Shown in pieces: positions 38,288-47,744 of a stretch of 64,000 nt of DNA. The notes beneath the pieces are model-generated. The model saw nothing but the letters and a program-made list of their open reading frames with translations, did not search any database and was not told where the DNA came from. The position numbers and the translations under genes were made by a program. Position 1 is the first letter of the stretch, and each line of letters opens with the position of its first letter. Source of the DNA: an uncultured Paenibacillaceae bacterium (lineage in GTDB: Bacteria > Bacillota > Bacilli > Paenibacillales > CALAME01); assembly GCA_937925675.1 (NCBI GenBank), contig CALAME010000002.1, forward strand, positions 6,261 through 70,260. Direction: 5' to 3'.

Positions 38288-38596
38288 TCACGCGCCGTCT
38301 CCTTGGGCGGCTGCACGTTCCACACGCATATGCCCTCCGTCTTCGATATAAAGATGCAAGGACGGATCGTTTTTAAGTTTGACATTGCACATTTTGAGCT
38401 GATTTTCGTCCAGGTGATACACTTCCCAAAGCTCGGGCTCCGCTTCCCCGGCCTGTTCCAACATGACGACTTTATGTTTTTCTGCTTCTTCCTTCGTTTC
38501 CCAATGGATCGTTCCTACATAAGGCAAATCATAATGATTGATGAGCCATCCGGTCAGGACGCGCATCGTTTGACGTTGCCTGAGCACGTAAGGCAC
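38288..38596 (-). CDS. Hypothetical protein (~102 aa)
   Basis: The GTG at 38596 lies 10 nt after GAGGAG, with an ATG at 38614 as the alternative. Its stop abuts the stop of the convergent gene. Confidence 0.5.
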   Translation of the reverse strand: MPYVLRQRQTMRVLTGWLINHYDLPYVGTIHWETKEEAEKHKVVMLEQAGEAEPELWEVYHLDENQLKMCNVKLKNDPSLHLYIEDGGHMRVERAAAQGDGA

Positions 38597-38667
38597 GTTG
38601 AAATCACTCCTCATCCCTCACAAAATGAAAAATGGCGGGGCGACAAAATCGTTGCCCCGCTTGCTGT

Positions 38668-40974
38668 TTACAGATACGGATTTTCGTGTTTGGCTTTCAG
38701 TCTTTCCCAACGACGGTTCACTTCTTCTTCAAAAGCTTTCAACGTTTCTTCGTATTCGGGCTTCGACAAGTGTTTGGTTTTGCCCATCATCTTCAGCCAA
38801 TCGGCAACCGCAATTTTCTTGTTTCTTTCTTCCGGATTGTAGGTCAACCGGGTTTTACCGCGCTCGACTTCATACAGCGGGAAGAAGCAAGAGTTCACCG
38901 CTGCCTCGACGATTTTGGTACCAAGTTGATCCTCCGACAGCCAGTTCAGCGGACAAGTGATCAAAATCTTGCCGTAAACCAAGCCTTCATTCTGCGCATA
39001 CCATTGCGCTTTCGCCGCTTTTCTGACCAAATCTTGCGGAAATGCTTCCGTACCGGTAAAGACATACGGAATATTGGTCGCTGCCATGATTTGCGGCGTG
39101 TCCTTATGATGGAACAGTTTTCCACCCTGGAATTTGCCGACATTGGAAGTCGACGTACGGTGTCCGAGCGGTGTGGAATAGGACAATTGAGCGCCCGTGT
39201 TCATATAACCTTCGTTGTCGTACTCGAGAATGATCATTTTATGGTTGCGCAGTGCGGCTCCGATCGCCGGTCCCATACCGATATCCATACCGCCATCGCC
39301 GGTAACCATAATGAAGGTGAAATCGTCTTTCAGGCCGAGTTCATCCAGTTCGCCGCGACGTTTTCTTTCGTGGAACATCTCGACGACACCGGACAAGGTG
39401 GCTGCCCCGTTCTGGAACAGGTTGTGGATATAAGTGACTTTATGCGCCGAATACGGATAGCCCGTTGTGACAACCATGGCGCAGCCGGTCTGATACAGAA
39501 CGACAATATCGCCTTCGATTCCTTTGAAAAACAGTTCGAGACCGGAAAAGATTCCGCATCCCGGACAAGCTCCATGCCCAGGAGCAATTCTTTTCGGCTT
39601 TTTCGTCAGTTGTCTGAGCGGAGGAACGCGAACTTTCAGCTCATCCGTTTCCTCATCTTTTTCTACGGTAATGAGTCCTGTTTTCACATCTTCGTATTTC
39701 AGCGGCTCCAGCACCCGCTTCGGCGCTTTGTCCGGATCGCCAGGCGTATGACCATGATAGTCAAAAGGTACATCCACTTTGCCTGTTTCAGCAGCGCGGA
39801 TCGCCAATTCAAAGAAATGATGTCCATCTTCTGCGTAGAAATCTTTTCCACCCAGACCGTAGACGCGGCTGATGACCAACGTATCGCGATTGCCGTGTGT
39901 AAACAGGGCTGCTTTGACCTCATTGGTCATGTTGCCTCCGTGACCACCGTACGAATCTGCGCGGTCACCGACGGTCACAGCCTTCACGTTTTTGAGCGCT
40001 TCAGCGATCTCTTTGGCCGGAAACGGACGGATGATGTTCGGCGAGATGGAACCTGCCTTGATTCCTTTGGCACGCAACTGGTCTACAACGTCTTTCACAA
40101 TTTCAGAAGCGGAGTTCAAAAGAAACACGGCAACTTCCGCATCTTCCATCCGATACAGATCGAGCTTCGGATAGTCACGGCCCGTCAGTTCCGCGTACTC
40201 CTTGCGGATTTCTTCATAGATTTCACCGGCCCGATACATCGCCATCGACTGTTGGTAACAGTTGTTGATATAGTCCGGCTCGTTCATATAAGGTCCGATC
40301 GTAACCGGATTGTTGCGGTCGATGCTGATCGGAAATCCAGTCGGCGGTTTTTCACCGATGAATTTGAGCACATCTTCCCGATGCGCAAACGTCATCACTT
40401 TTCGCTTTTGGTGCGAAGTAAAATAGCCATCATAAGCGACGAGTACAGGCAAGCGCACTTCCGGATGTTCCGCCAGTTTCAGCGCCATGATGTTCATGTC
40501 ATACACCGCTTGCGGATCGCGGCACAACAAGATCGGCCAACCGGTATTCAGAGCGAAATAAAGGTCAGAATGGTCGCCATGAATATCCAGGGGACCCGAT
40601 ACAGAGCGGCAGACCAGATTCATCACCATCGGAAAACGGGTACCGGATTGCACCGGCATCTGCTCAAGCATATACATGTAGCCGTTCGCACTCGTGGCGT
40701 TGAATACCCGTCCTCCTGCTGTGGAAGCTCCATAACAGATCCCTGCAGAACCGTGTTCACCATCGGCCGGGATCAACACGATGTCGTGCTGCCCGTTCGC
40801 CTTCATCAGATCGAGAAACTGGGCCACTTCCGTTGAAGGTGAAATCGGGAAATACCCCATAATATGGTAGTTAATCTGATGAGCGGCATAAGCAGCCATC
40901 TCGTTACCTGATTCAAAAACGACCCTTTGCTCTACTTTCCCTTGAGAAAGCTCTCTTTTAATTTCTATGGCCAT
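38668..40974 (-). CDS. 2-oxoacid:ferredoxin oxidoreductase, fused alpha-beta subunit (PorA-PorB-like)
   Basis: The N-terminal half has the PorA pattern (GNEMAAYAA…GYFPISPSTEV). The C-terminal half has PorB motifs: GHGACPGCG and the TPP fold GDGGMDIG…N. Confidence 0.9.
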   Translation of the reverse strand: MAIEIKRELSQGKVEQRVVFESGNEMAAYAAHQINYHIMGYFPISPSTEVAQFLDLMKANGQHDIVLIPADGEHGSAGICYGASTAGGRVFNATSANGYMYMLEQMPVQSGTRFPMVMNLVCRSVSGPLDIHGDHSDLYFALNTGWPILLCRDPQAVYDMNIMALKLAEHPEVRLPVLVAYDGYFTSHQKRKVMTFAHREDVLKFIGEKPPTGFPISIDRNNPVTIGPYMNEPDYINNCYQQSMAMYRAGEIYEEIRKEYAELTGRDYPKLDLYRMEDAEVAVFLLNSASEIVKDVVDQLRAKGIKAGSISPNIIRPFPAKEIAEALKNVKAVTVGDRADSYGGHGGNMTNEVKAALFTHGNRDTLVISRVYGLGGKDFYAEDGHHFFELAIRAAETGKVDVPFDYHGHTPGDPDKAPKRVLEPLKYEDVKTGLITVEKDEETDELKVRVPPLRQLTKKPKRIAPGHGACPGCGIFSGLELFFKGIEGDIVVLYQTGCAMVVTTGYPYSAHKVTYIHNLFQNGAATLSGVVEMFHERKRRGELDELGLKDDFTFIMVTGDGGMDIGMGPAIGAALRNHKMIILEYDNEGYMNTGAQLSYSTPLGHRTSTSNVGKFQGGKLFHHKDTPQIMAATNIPYVFTGTEAFPQDLVRKAAKAQWYAQNEGLVYGKILITCPLNWLSEDQLGTKIVEAAVNSCFFPLYEVERGKTRLTYNPEERNKKIAVADWLKMMGKTKHLSKPEYEETLKAFEEEVNRRWERLKAKHENPYL

Positions 40975-40993
40975 GAAAATACCACCTTTCCCC

Positions 40994-42004
40994 TTATTGG
41001 TTTGCCGCTAGCTGAAAACGGTGCGGAACTCTGTGTTTTTCTGCATAACCATCTTCTTCCCGTGCTGCGGTCAACGCTTCGGTCGGACAGGCGGCAACAC
41101 ATTTTAAACAGCCCTTGCAGTACTGGTAGTCGATTCCCTGCAAAAACATTTGCAGCCGGCCTCTTTTGTCTTCCTTCTCTTCCCAGACGAAGCAAAAATC
41201 AGGGCAAACGTTGTCGCATGCCGCACAATGAATACATTTGTCTTCATGGAAATGCGGCATCATTCCTGCTCGCGAAATGCTCAAGTCTTTCAGGATGCTG
41301 TTGCCGGGGTTGGTAATCGTGCCACCGATCGGCTGTGTCTCATAGCCCAGAATCGGAGTGTCACTGCGCACGTATTCCGGCATTTTCTTTCCTTCCGGCA
41401 CTTTAAACGTCTGGAAAACGACCTCATTGTATCCGCGGTCAAACGTATTCAGAGCCGGTTGGACAGCATGCGGATATTTCTTCTCCAGCGACTTGCGAAT
41501 GACCGTTCTCATCGTTTCCGGGTCCAGGAAGTCACAAAGTCTGAACAAACCGCCCAGCATTGCCATATTGACCCGGTTTTTCTCTTCCAGTGCGATTCCT
41601 GTGGCGTCGATGACGGCGATGGTACCGCCGACCAGATTCATCATTTCTTTCAACTGTTCCGGCGATTTTCGAGAATTGACCAGGACGATGCTGTCTTCAT
41701 AGATGCCGCTGATAACGTTTACGGTTTTGTAGAGAGATTCATGAAAAATACCGACAACATGCGGTCGTTCAACAGGTGTGGTATCGCGGATTTTCGTATC
41801 CGGATAACAGAACCGGATATGCGCTTTTACCGGTGATCCCTTTTTTTCCGAACCATAGGAAGAAAAGCTGACCCCGTTCAATCCGACACCTACAACGCCG
41901 GCTTCCGCCAACATTTTCCCGGCAAGGTTTGCGCCGAGACCGCCGATGGACTCAAGCCGGATTTCAAAAAAACCCAGGTCGTTCAACTTCGGCAAAGTGA
42001 CCAT
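40994..42004 (-). CDS. 2-oxoacid:ferredoxin oxidoreductase, fused gamma-delta subunit (PorG-PorD-like)
   Basis: The gamma domain reads IGGLGANLAGKML…SYGSEKKGSPV. The C-terminus carries two 4Fe-4S motifs, CIHCAACDNVCP and CKGCLKCVAACP. Confidence 0.9.
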   Translation of the reverse strand: MVTLPKLNDLGFFEIRLESIGGLGANLAGKMLAEAGVVGVGLNGVSFSSYGSEKKGSPVKAHIRFCYPDTKIRDTTPVERPHVVGIFHESLYKTVNVISGIYEDSIVLVNSRKSPEQLKEMMNLVGGTIAVIDATGIALEEKNRVNMAMLGGLFRLCDFLDPETMRTVIRKSLEKKYPHAVQPALNTFDRGYNEVVFQTFKVPEGKKMPEYVRSDTPILGYETQPIGGTITNPGNSILKDLSISRAGMMPHFHEDKCIHCAACDNVCPDFCFVWEEKEDKRGRLQMFLQGIDYQYCKGCLKCVAACPTEALTAAREEDGYAEKHRVPHRFQLAANQ

Positions 42005-42220
42005 GTCATTACCCCTTTCGTAGCTTGTAGGTCCAATAACAGAAAGTTAAAACATATTATATCAGCAAACATGCGGATACGATAGCGTTTTGATTCCGAA
42101 ACTCTACTGCTACTGTAACACTAGTTTAACACATATTGGTACAGGATGACAGACATATTTTCATCAATTTTATCACAAAATAATGTCGAATTTTGCAAGA
42201 TTGGGGGGACTCCTACTGCC

Positions 42221-42400
42221 ATGATGAATCAGCTCATGTCCATGTTTATGCGCAAACAGAAAAAAGGAAAACGCTGGGGGATCTGGATGTCTGTTCTGGC
42301 CGCGCTCGGCATCGGTGCTACCGCCATGATGGCCAAAGGAAAAAACGGCGCTTTGATGCGATCGTTCCAACCGAACAGCAATGCGGATAACAGTCAATAA
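42221..42400 (+). CDS. Possible small membrane protein (59 aa)
   Basis: MMNQLMSMFMRKQKKGKRWGIWMSVLAALGIGATAMMA… has one TM helix. The RBS is weak, so coding status is uncertain. Confidence 0.35.
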   Translation: MMNQLMSMFMRKQKKGKRWGIWMSVLAALGIGATAMMAKGKNGALMRSFQPNSNADNSQ

Positions 42401-42445
42401 TCCGGGATCGCCCACGCACGAGGTCCCTTTTCAGGGAAGAGGTGT

Positions 42446-45400
42446 TCAACCTCTTCCCACATCTTGCAAATTCACACGTTTTCCGTTCTGGCGAAGGGGA
42501 AGCATGACGGACACTGTCGTTCCCACATTTACTTCGCTTTCAAAACAGATGTGGCCTTGATGCTCTTCTACAATTTTGTAGCTGAGCATCAGCCCCATCC
42601 CCATCCCCTTTTCTTTCGTACTGTAAAACGGTTCTCCCAGCCTTTTCAAACGATCAGCCGGAATACCGCAACCTTCGTCCATAATCTTGACATACAGTTG
42701 GTCGGACTCTTCTGCGACGGATGCGGTAATGCGAATCCTCCCCCCATCTGGCATCGCTTCGATCGCATTTTTAAACAGGTTGATAAAAAGCTGCTTGATG
42801 CGATTTTCGACGCACTCCAGCCGGGGCAACTGGGGCGGCAATTGATCTTCGATCATAATGTTGTTTAAAATGGCCTGGGTATTGACAAGCGTGATGACCT
42901 TCCGCAATAGTTCGCATATATCGACCATGCTCGGTTGTTGCGCTTCCGGTTTGGCCAGCAGCAACAGTTCGCTGATGATCGATTCCATGCGATCGATCTC
43001 GGACAGGATCAGGTCGTAATGATAATGTTTGCCCAAACCTTTTTTTGTCATTTGCACAAATCCTTTGATCGATGTCAGCGGATTGCGGATTTCGTGCGCC
43101 ACGCCGGCCGCCAATTGACCGACGATCGACATCTTTTCCTGTCGCGTCAGCATTTCCTCGGTCATCTTGCGCTCGGTAATATCCTGGATCGTGCCGATCA
43201 GTTTCGCCTGATACCCATCTACGTCCAACCGTTCAATCTGGTGGTAGACGTTTCGTACCGTACCGTTGCGTAAAATACGGTGCTCCAGACTGTTATTGCG
43301 GCCATTTTCCGCCTCGATGATGGAGCGAAAAACGAGTTCATAATCGTCCGGGTGAACATAACTCATCAGCTCATCGAGCGAATGGGTAAAGGTCTCTTTG
43401 TCAATTCCAAATATGCGATAAATTTCTTCTGACAAATATACTTTGCTGCTACCTTCTGGCATTTCCCAGTTGCCGATCTGGGCGATGCGCTGGGCATGGG
43501 CCAGGCTTTCCTTATGTTGTCTGAGTCTTCTTTCCATTATTTTCTGTTCGGTAATGTCCCGCATAATCAGCTGCACAGCGCGCATGCCATTGACCACAAA
43601 CGGAATGATGACCGCTTCCGCCTCGATCGTGCGGTATTCATGATAGGTCAGAAGCCGCAGTTCAAATTTATCGTTGTCCTGCTTGCCATCGATGATGCGA
43701 AGCATTTTTTCCCGCATCATATCACTGTCGTGCGGATGCACAAAATCCATGATCGTGCCGTTCACATCGTTGCTATTCAATCCGAGCATTTTCATTCCTG
43801 CCGGATTCATATACAAAATATGCTGCTTACTGTGAACGATGATCGCATCCGGAGCATTTTCGACCAAACTGCGATAGCGCATTTCGCTTTCTTTCAGCAC
43901 CATCTCGGCCACTTTTAAATGGGTGATGTCCCTGGATATTTCTACATAAGCGGTAATGTGACCGTGTATATCACGGATGGGTGACAACGTCAACGAAACA
44001 TGGATAGCGGAGCCGTTTTTTTGGCGGCGTATGCTCGTATAACCGGAAATGACTTTCCCCGTATCCAGCTCTTTAAACAATTGTTCGAGTTCTGACCAAC
44101 CTTCCTCCGTAATGATCGGCAGCTTTTTGCCAATGACCTCTTCCGATTTCCATCCGTATACAGCTTCAAATGACCGGTTTACTTTCATCACATTTCCATC
44201 CGTATCAATCATGTAGATGGCATCAGAGTTGTTGTTGATAAACGATTCCAGTTGTTTGGCCGCTTCAATAGATTGTTTTTCCTTTCGCTTGCGTTCTGTC
44301 ATATCCACATACGTACCGATGACTTCGACAACCTGTCCATTTTGTATGAGCGGTGAAAGCTGGGCCCAGTAATATCGTCCTCGCCATTCCCCCTCAAAAT
44401 GAACGGTTTCTCCTGCCCACGCCTTCTCATACAGGGGCTGAAGCTCGTTTCTGTTTCTGTTTTCGAAAACATGCTCCAGCTCTTTGCCCAGCGCTTCTCC
44501 CGGATTCAGTCCGACGCTGTACAACATTTGGCCATCACAAAAGGTGATAACAAATTTCCCCTCTTTTTCCTTGTACTTCAAAGTCAATCCAGGCTGATAT
44601 TCGATCATTTCCCGCAGTTCACGAAGTGAAGCGTTCATTTTGCGTTCGGCTTCTTTACGCTGCGTTATGTTGCGGACAATCATAAAGATGAGCTGCCGCT
44701 CTTCCCAGTACGATTTGCTGAGGCTCATTTCCACAGGTACAAGAAAGCCTTCACGTGATATGAGGAAGGTTTCCGCATGGAAACTGGACTGCTCCGGTGT
44801 CCGGATAAAATCGTGAAATTTTTGCAGTAGTTCAGGGACAAACAAACGTTCCGGTTCCCATCCAGATGGCGGAATTTGCGAATAGTGAAGCAAATCCAGA
44901 AAACGCCGATTCGCATTGACAATCGACAGTCTTCCGTTTTGTTCTTCCATAAGCAACAACGGATCTGCGGCCGTTTTGAAGCAAGGATGACGGGCAAATG
45001 AATGGGAGGTAGTGGTTAGCATTTGCGGATCCGTCGAAAGAGGTGAAGATGATGGATGATCGGGCGCATGGAGCGAAGTGGTTTGTTTGCCGGCTTCGAC
45101 CGTTTTTTCTTTATCATTCATTCCAAATCGGGTCCATTCCAGAAAAGCCGTCGCCAGCATACAACCGGAAATCCCTATGATAGCTATAATCCCCCAGTCT
45201 GATCCTTCACGAGCAGCATAAGCACCTGCCCCGTAACTCAGAAGCATCGCCCCTCCTGCGCCTATTGCCGCCAGCAAGAGTGTGGCATTTGCACGTAAAG
45301 AGGGATATTTTTGAAACCTGGAGCGAACGACGGTTACGGATGTAATCAGCGCACTGATCAACATCAAGGTTAATGATACGGAAAGGGTAAGCATTTCTTT

Positions 45401-45604
45401 GATTGAATCTCGCTTGTTGATCACATACGTAAGTACCGTTCCCATGCCCATCACAATCGCACTCAAACTGACAAAAATCAAACGCTGTAAACCGCTTCGC
45501 TCCAGGTTTTTTTTCAATAGTGCGAGCGAAGCATATGCCGAGGAAACGGAAGTGAATGCAGTTAGCGAAACAAGCAAGACTTCATTCAAAATGAGCATGA
45601 ACAA
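42446..45604 (-). CDS. Orphan sensor histidine kinase: multi-TM N-domain, about 5 PAS domains, HisKA, HATPase
   Basis: The H-box is HEIRNPLTSIKGF (sporulation-kinase type), and N and G boxes are present. Repeated PAS signatures occur (…NITQRKEAE…, …DMTERKRKE…, …DITEQK…, …DITERKMTEE…). No response regulator is adjacent. Confidence 0.9.
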   Translation of the reverse strand: MFMLILNEVLLVSLTAFTSVSSAYASLALLKKNLERSGLQRLIFVSLSAIVMGMGTVLTYVINKRDSIKEMLTLSVSLTLMLISALITSVTVVRSRFQKYPSLRANATLLLAAIGAGGAMLLSYGAGAYAAREGSDWGIIAIIGISGCMLATAFLEWTRFGMNDKEKTVEAGKQTTSLHAPDHPSSSPLSTDPQMLTTTSHSFARHPCFKTAADPLLLMEEQNGRLSIVNANRRFLDLLHYSQIPPSGWEPERLFVPELLQKFHDFIRTPEQSSFHAETFLISREGFLVPVEMSLSKSYWEERQLIFMIVRNITQRKEAERKMNASLRELREMIEYQPGLTLKYKEKEGKFVITFCDGQMLYSVGLNPGEALGKELEHVFENRNRNELQPLYEKAWAGETVHFEGEWRGRYYWAQLSPLIQNGQVVEVIGTYVDMTERKRKEKQSIEAAKQLESFINNNSDAIYMIDTDGNVMKVNRSFEAVYGWKSEEVIGKKLPIITEEGWSELEQLFKELDTGKVISGYTSIRRQKNGSAIHVSLTLSPIRDIHGHITAYVEISRDITHLKVAEMVLKESEMRYRSLVENAPDAIIVHSKQHILYMNPAGMKMLGLNSNDVNGTIMDFVHPHDSDMMREKMLRIIDGKQDNDKFELRLLTYHEYRTIEAEAVIIPFVVNGMRAVQLIMRDITEQKIMERRLRQHKESLAHAQRIAQIGNWEMPEGSSKVYLSEEIYRIFGIDKETFTHSLDELMSYVHPDDYELVFRSIIEAENGRNNSLEHRILRNGTVRNVYHQIERLDVDGYQAKLIGTIQDITERKMTEEMLTRQEKMSIVGQLAAGVAHEIRNPLTSIKGFVQMTKKGLGKHYHYDLILSEIDRMESIISELLLLAKPEAQQPSMVDICELLRKVITLVNTQAILNNIMIEDQLPPQLPRLECVENRIKQLFINLFKNAIEAMPDGGRIRITASVAEESDQLYVKIMDEGCGIPADRLKRLGEPFYSTKEKGMGMGLMLSYKIVEEHQGHICFESEVNVGTTVSVMLPLRQNGKRVNLQDVGRG

Positions 45605-45648
45605 TCATTCCCCTTCCCTCAACTTCACCTTCCGCACCTATTTTGATT

Positions 45649-46416
45649 TCACCACGACAAGATCGGTTCTTTGCTCCTATGTTTCGACGAAAAAACGGTT
45701 TTTTCCTCCCCCTTTCCAATATTACGACTGGAAACATCCAACCAATCCCAAACAAAATTCAACGTTTTTTGCAAATTGCTCACACCATCGTCGTCACAAA
45801 ACGAATCCAGATCACGAAAATAATCGGCATGCCCCCCGATCAACCTCACTTCTGCTGTCAATGACGGCGCATATTTGTCTTTTCTCCAGTAGGGGATATA
45901 ACGTTCAAATTCCCACCCCGCCCATGAACCGAGGCGACAAATCCGGTCACAGCCGGACGAACCGATGCCTTTCAAATACGCACATTTTTTTTGCAACGCC
46001 GGAAAAATGCGGATTTTCGGGGAGCCGATCTGAATGATGCGCTGCACGGGGATACCATCCAACTTTTCCAGCATGTATGCGGCGTGGCAGGATGCCACCC
46101 CGCCGGCACTATGGCCGATCAGAAATAAACGTTCTCCCGCATAACGGCGCAAAATGTTTTGCCGCAAGCGTTCGCCTCCGAACGACTGGTGTACGGATGC
46201 AAACGGCAAGCGCATGTCCCATTGCACCTCATACGTCTGTGCGGCTAATCTTCTTTCGGAGTCTCCGTATGGGAATTGGAAAAAAATGCGGGCATGAACA
46301 CCTGCCTGGCTAAACTTTTCCACCAACTTCTGACCGAACGTAGTGAAAAAGTCGGGTGTGGTAGCGATACCGGCAGCCAAAAATACGGAATAGCGCAAAA
46401 GTACCCACTCCTTCAT
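45649..46416 (-). CDS. Alpha/beta-hydrolase-like protein of unknown specificity
   Basis: It has a nucleophile elbow LIGHSAGG. It sits 3 nt downstream of the M48 gene. Confidence 0.6.
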   Translation of the reverse strand: MKEWVLLRYSVFLAAGIATTPDFFTTFGQKLVEKFSQAGVHARIFFQFPYGDSERRLAAQTYEVQWDMRLPFASVHQSFGGERLRQNILRRYAGERLFLIGHSAGGVASCHAAYMLEKLDGIPVQRIIQIGSPKIRIFPALQKKCAYLKGIGSSGCDRICRLGSWAGWEFERYIPYWRKDKYAPSLTAEVRLIGGHADYFRDLDSFCDDDGVSNLQKTLNFVWDWLDVSSRNIGKGEEKTVFSSKHRSKEPILSW

Positions 46417-46419
46417 CGA

Positions 46420-47742
46420 TTACGGTTCAACATCGGAATGCGAATCGTAATGGATGGCGAAAAAAATTCGCTCTGCCAGAGTAGGATGCCCGTATCGGAT
46501 CCATTTTACAAGGGCTGGCGGATGCACATCACTTTTGCTCGCACGTGCCATGTTTTGAAATGCGCTTACGGCTGCTTCGGGATTTTGTGTCAATTGGAGC
46601 GCGTAATGATCGGCACGGTGTTCAGCCTGCCGTGAAATGGCATTGGCAAAAGGTTGCACCAAAAACATGAACAAGGAGAAAACAAGCAGGATCAACGGAA
46701 CACAAGACACATGCCCCAATGTTTTGATTCCCCACTCTTTTCCTTTACGCTGCAGCAAATAAGGGAACAGACGTGAGCCCAAAAACAGAAGCAACAGTGC
46801 GCCGAGCACAAAACCGAGCGTGCTCCAATACAGATGCTTCATCTGGTAATGACCGATCTCATGCGCCATGATAAACAATATTTCATCGTCATCCATCCGC
46901 TCTAGCAACGTATCCCACAACACGATGCGCAAACTGGGTCCTATTCCGTTCACATAAGCATTGAAGGCATTGCTTTTTTCTGACATATTCACCGTGTAAA
47001 CACGGTCTGTGTGAATACCTGCTTCTTCAGCGAGATTTAAAATTTTAGTCTCCAGTTCTGAATCTTGCAAATGGCTGAATTTATGGTAGAGAGGATCTAT
47101 CCAGACCGGTTGGATAAAAGTATAGAAAAGGATCGCAGGGGCGAAAAAAAGCCAAGACCAGAACCACCAGTGGCGAGTGCGTTGTACGACGACGACGATC
47201 AGTACCAGGGCAAGTGTGTACAGTAACCATTCGAGTGAAAACGAAATGAGGCGATCCTTCAACCAAGCGAGCGGTTGCTGTACGGAGATGTCATAATGAA
47301 CCGCAAGTCGGTAAGCGTAGAAGCTTAACGGCAGTTTGACGAGAAATACCACGGCCAACAACAATGCTACATAGATGGAAATGGCCAAAGGTTGAAAAGG
47401 AAATTTTTTGGCGATGCGATCCCCCCATTTTGCGAAATTTCCCCAAATTAGAACCAGCATAAAAATGATCCAGTCGAGGGGCAAAAGTAAAAAGTAGAGC
47501 CAGTTGCGGATGCGAGAATACTCCACAGACTGGCTCCATAGCTGCCCGTCCATAAATGTACGCGGATCGGCAGCAGTTCCCTGCATCAGTTCGGGTACAT
47601 CCATAGTGTATCGATAAAAAAAGAGTGCGCACAGCGCCGCATACAGCGCATACGCCAAAAGCAAATACGCTGTGTTCCGCAACGCTTTTCTGTACAATGC
47701 GCACACCCCTTTCCCCTGACGATCAGTTCGATCGTTTTTCAT
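46420..47742 (-). CDS. M48-family zinc metalloprotease (Ste24/HtpX-like, multi-TM)
   Basis: HEIGHYQMKH (HExxH) and a downstream E/H ligand region are present, with a multi-TM N-terminal half. Confidence 0.9.
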   Translation of the reverse strand: MKNDRTDRQGKGVCALYRKALRNTAYLLLAYALYAALCALFFYRYTMDVPELMQGTAADPRTFMDGQLWSQSVEYSRIRNWLYFLLLPLDWIIFMLVLIWGNFAKWGDRIAKKFPFQPLAISIYVALLLAVVFLVKLPLSFYAYRLAVHYDISVQQPLAWLKDRLISFSLEWLLYTLALVLIVVVVQRTRHWWFWSWLFFAPAILFYTFIQPVWIDPLYHKFSHLQDSELETKILNLAEEAGIHTDRVYTVNMSEKSNAFNAYVNGIGPSLRIVLWDTLLERMDDDEILFIMAHEIGHYQMKHLYWSTLGFVLGALLLLFLGSRLFPYLLQRKGKEWGIKTLGHVSCVPLILLVFSLFMFLVQPFANAISRQAEHRADHYALQLTQNPEAAVSAFQNMARASKSDVHPPALVKWIRYGHPTLAERIFFAIHYDSHSDVEP

Positions 47743-47744
47743 GA

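Noticed and set aside
38632-40836. A 734-aa ORF on the plus strand, one of the longest in the window.
   Set aside because: It is exactly codon-aligned antisense to the PorA-PorB gene, so its stops would correspond to sense codons TTA, CTA and TCA, which this genome avoids. Its translation is low-complexity (R/F/H-rich), has no motifs and has no RBS. The same artefact explains 9086-10129, 6270-7022, 19511-20347, 21234-22031, 24525-25223, 28263-29087, 35714-36373, 41150-41836 and 62207-63037.
42005-42220. A Rex, Fnr or cre operator upstream of the OFOR operon (TTGTGATAAAATTGATGAAAA and GATAGCGTTTTGA).
   Set aside because: Only half-sites match. The second half-sites (TCACAA or ATCAA) are absent and the cre-like string fails at key positions.
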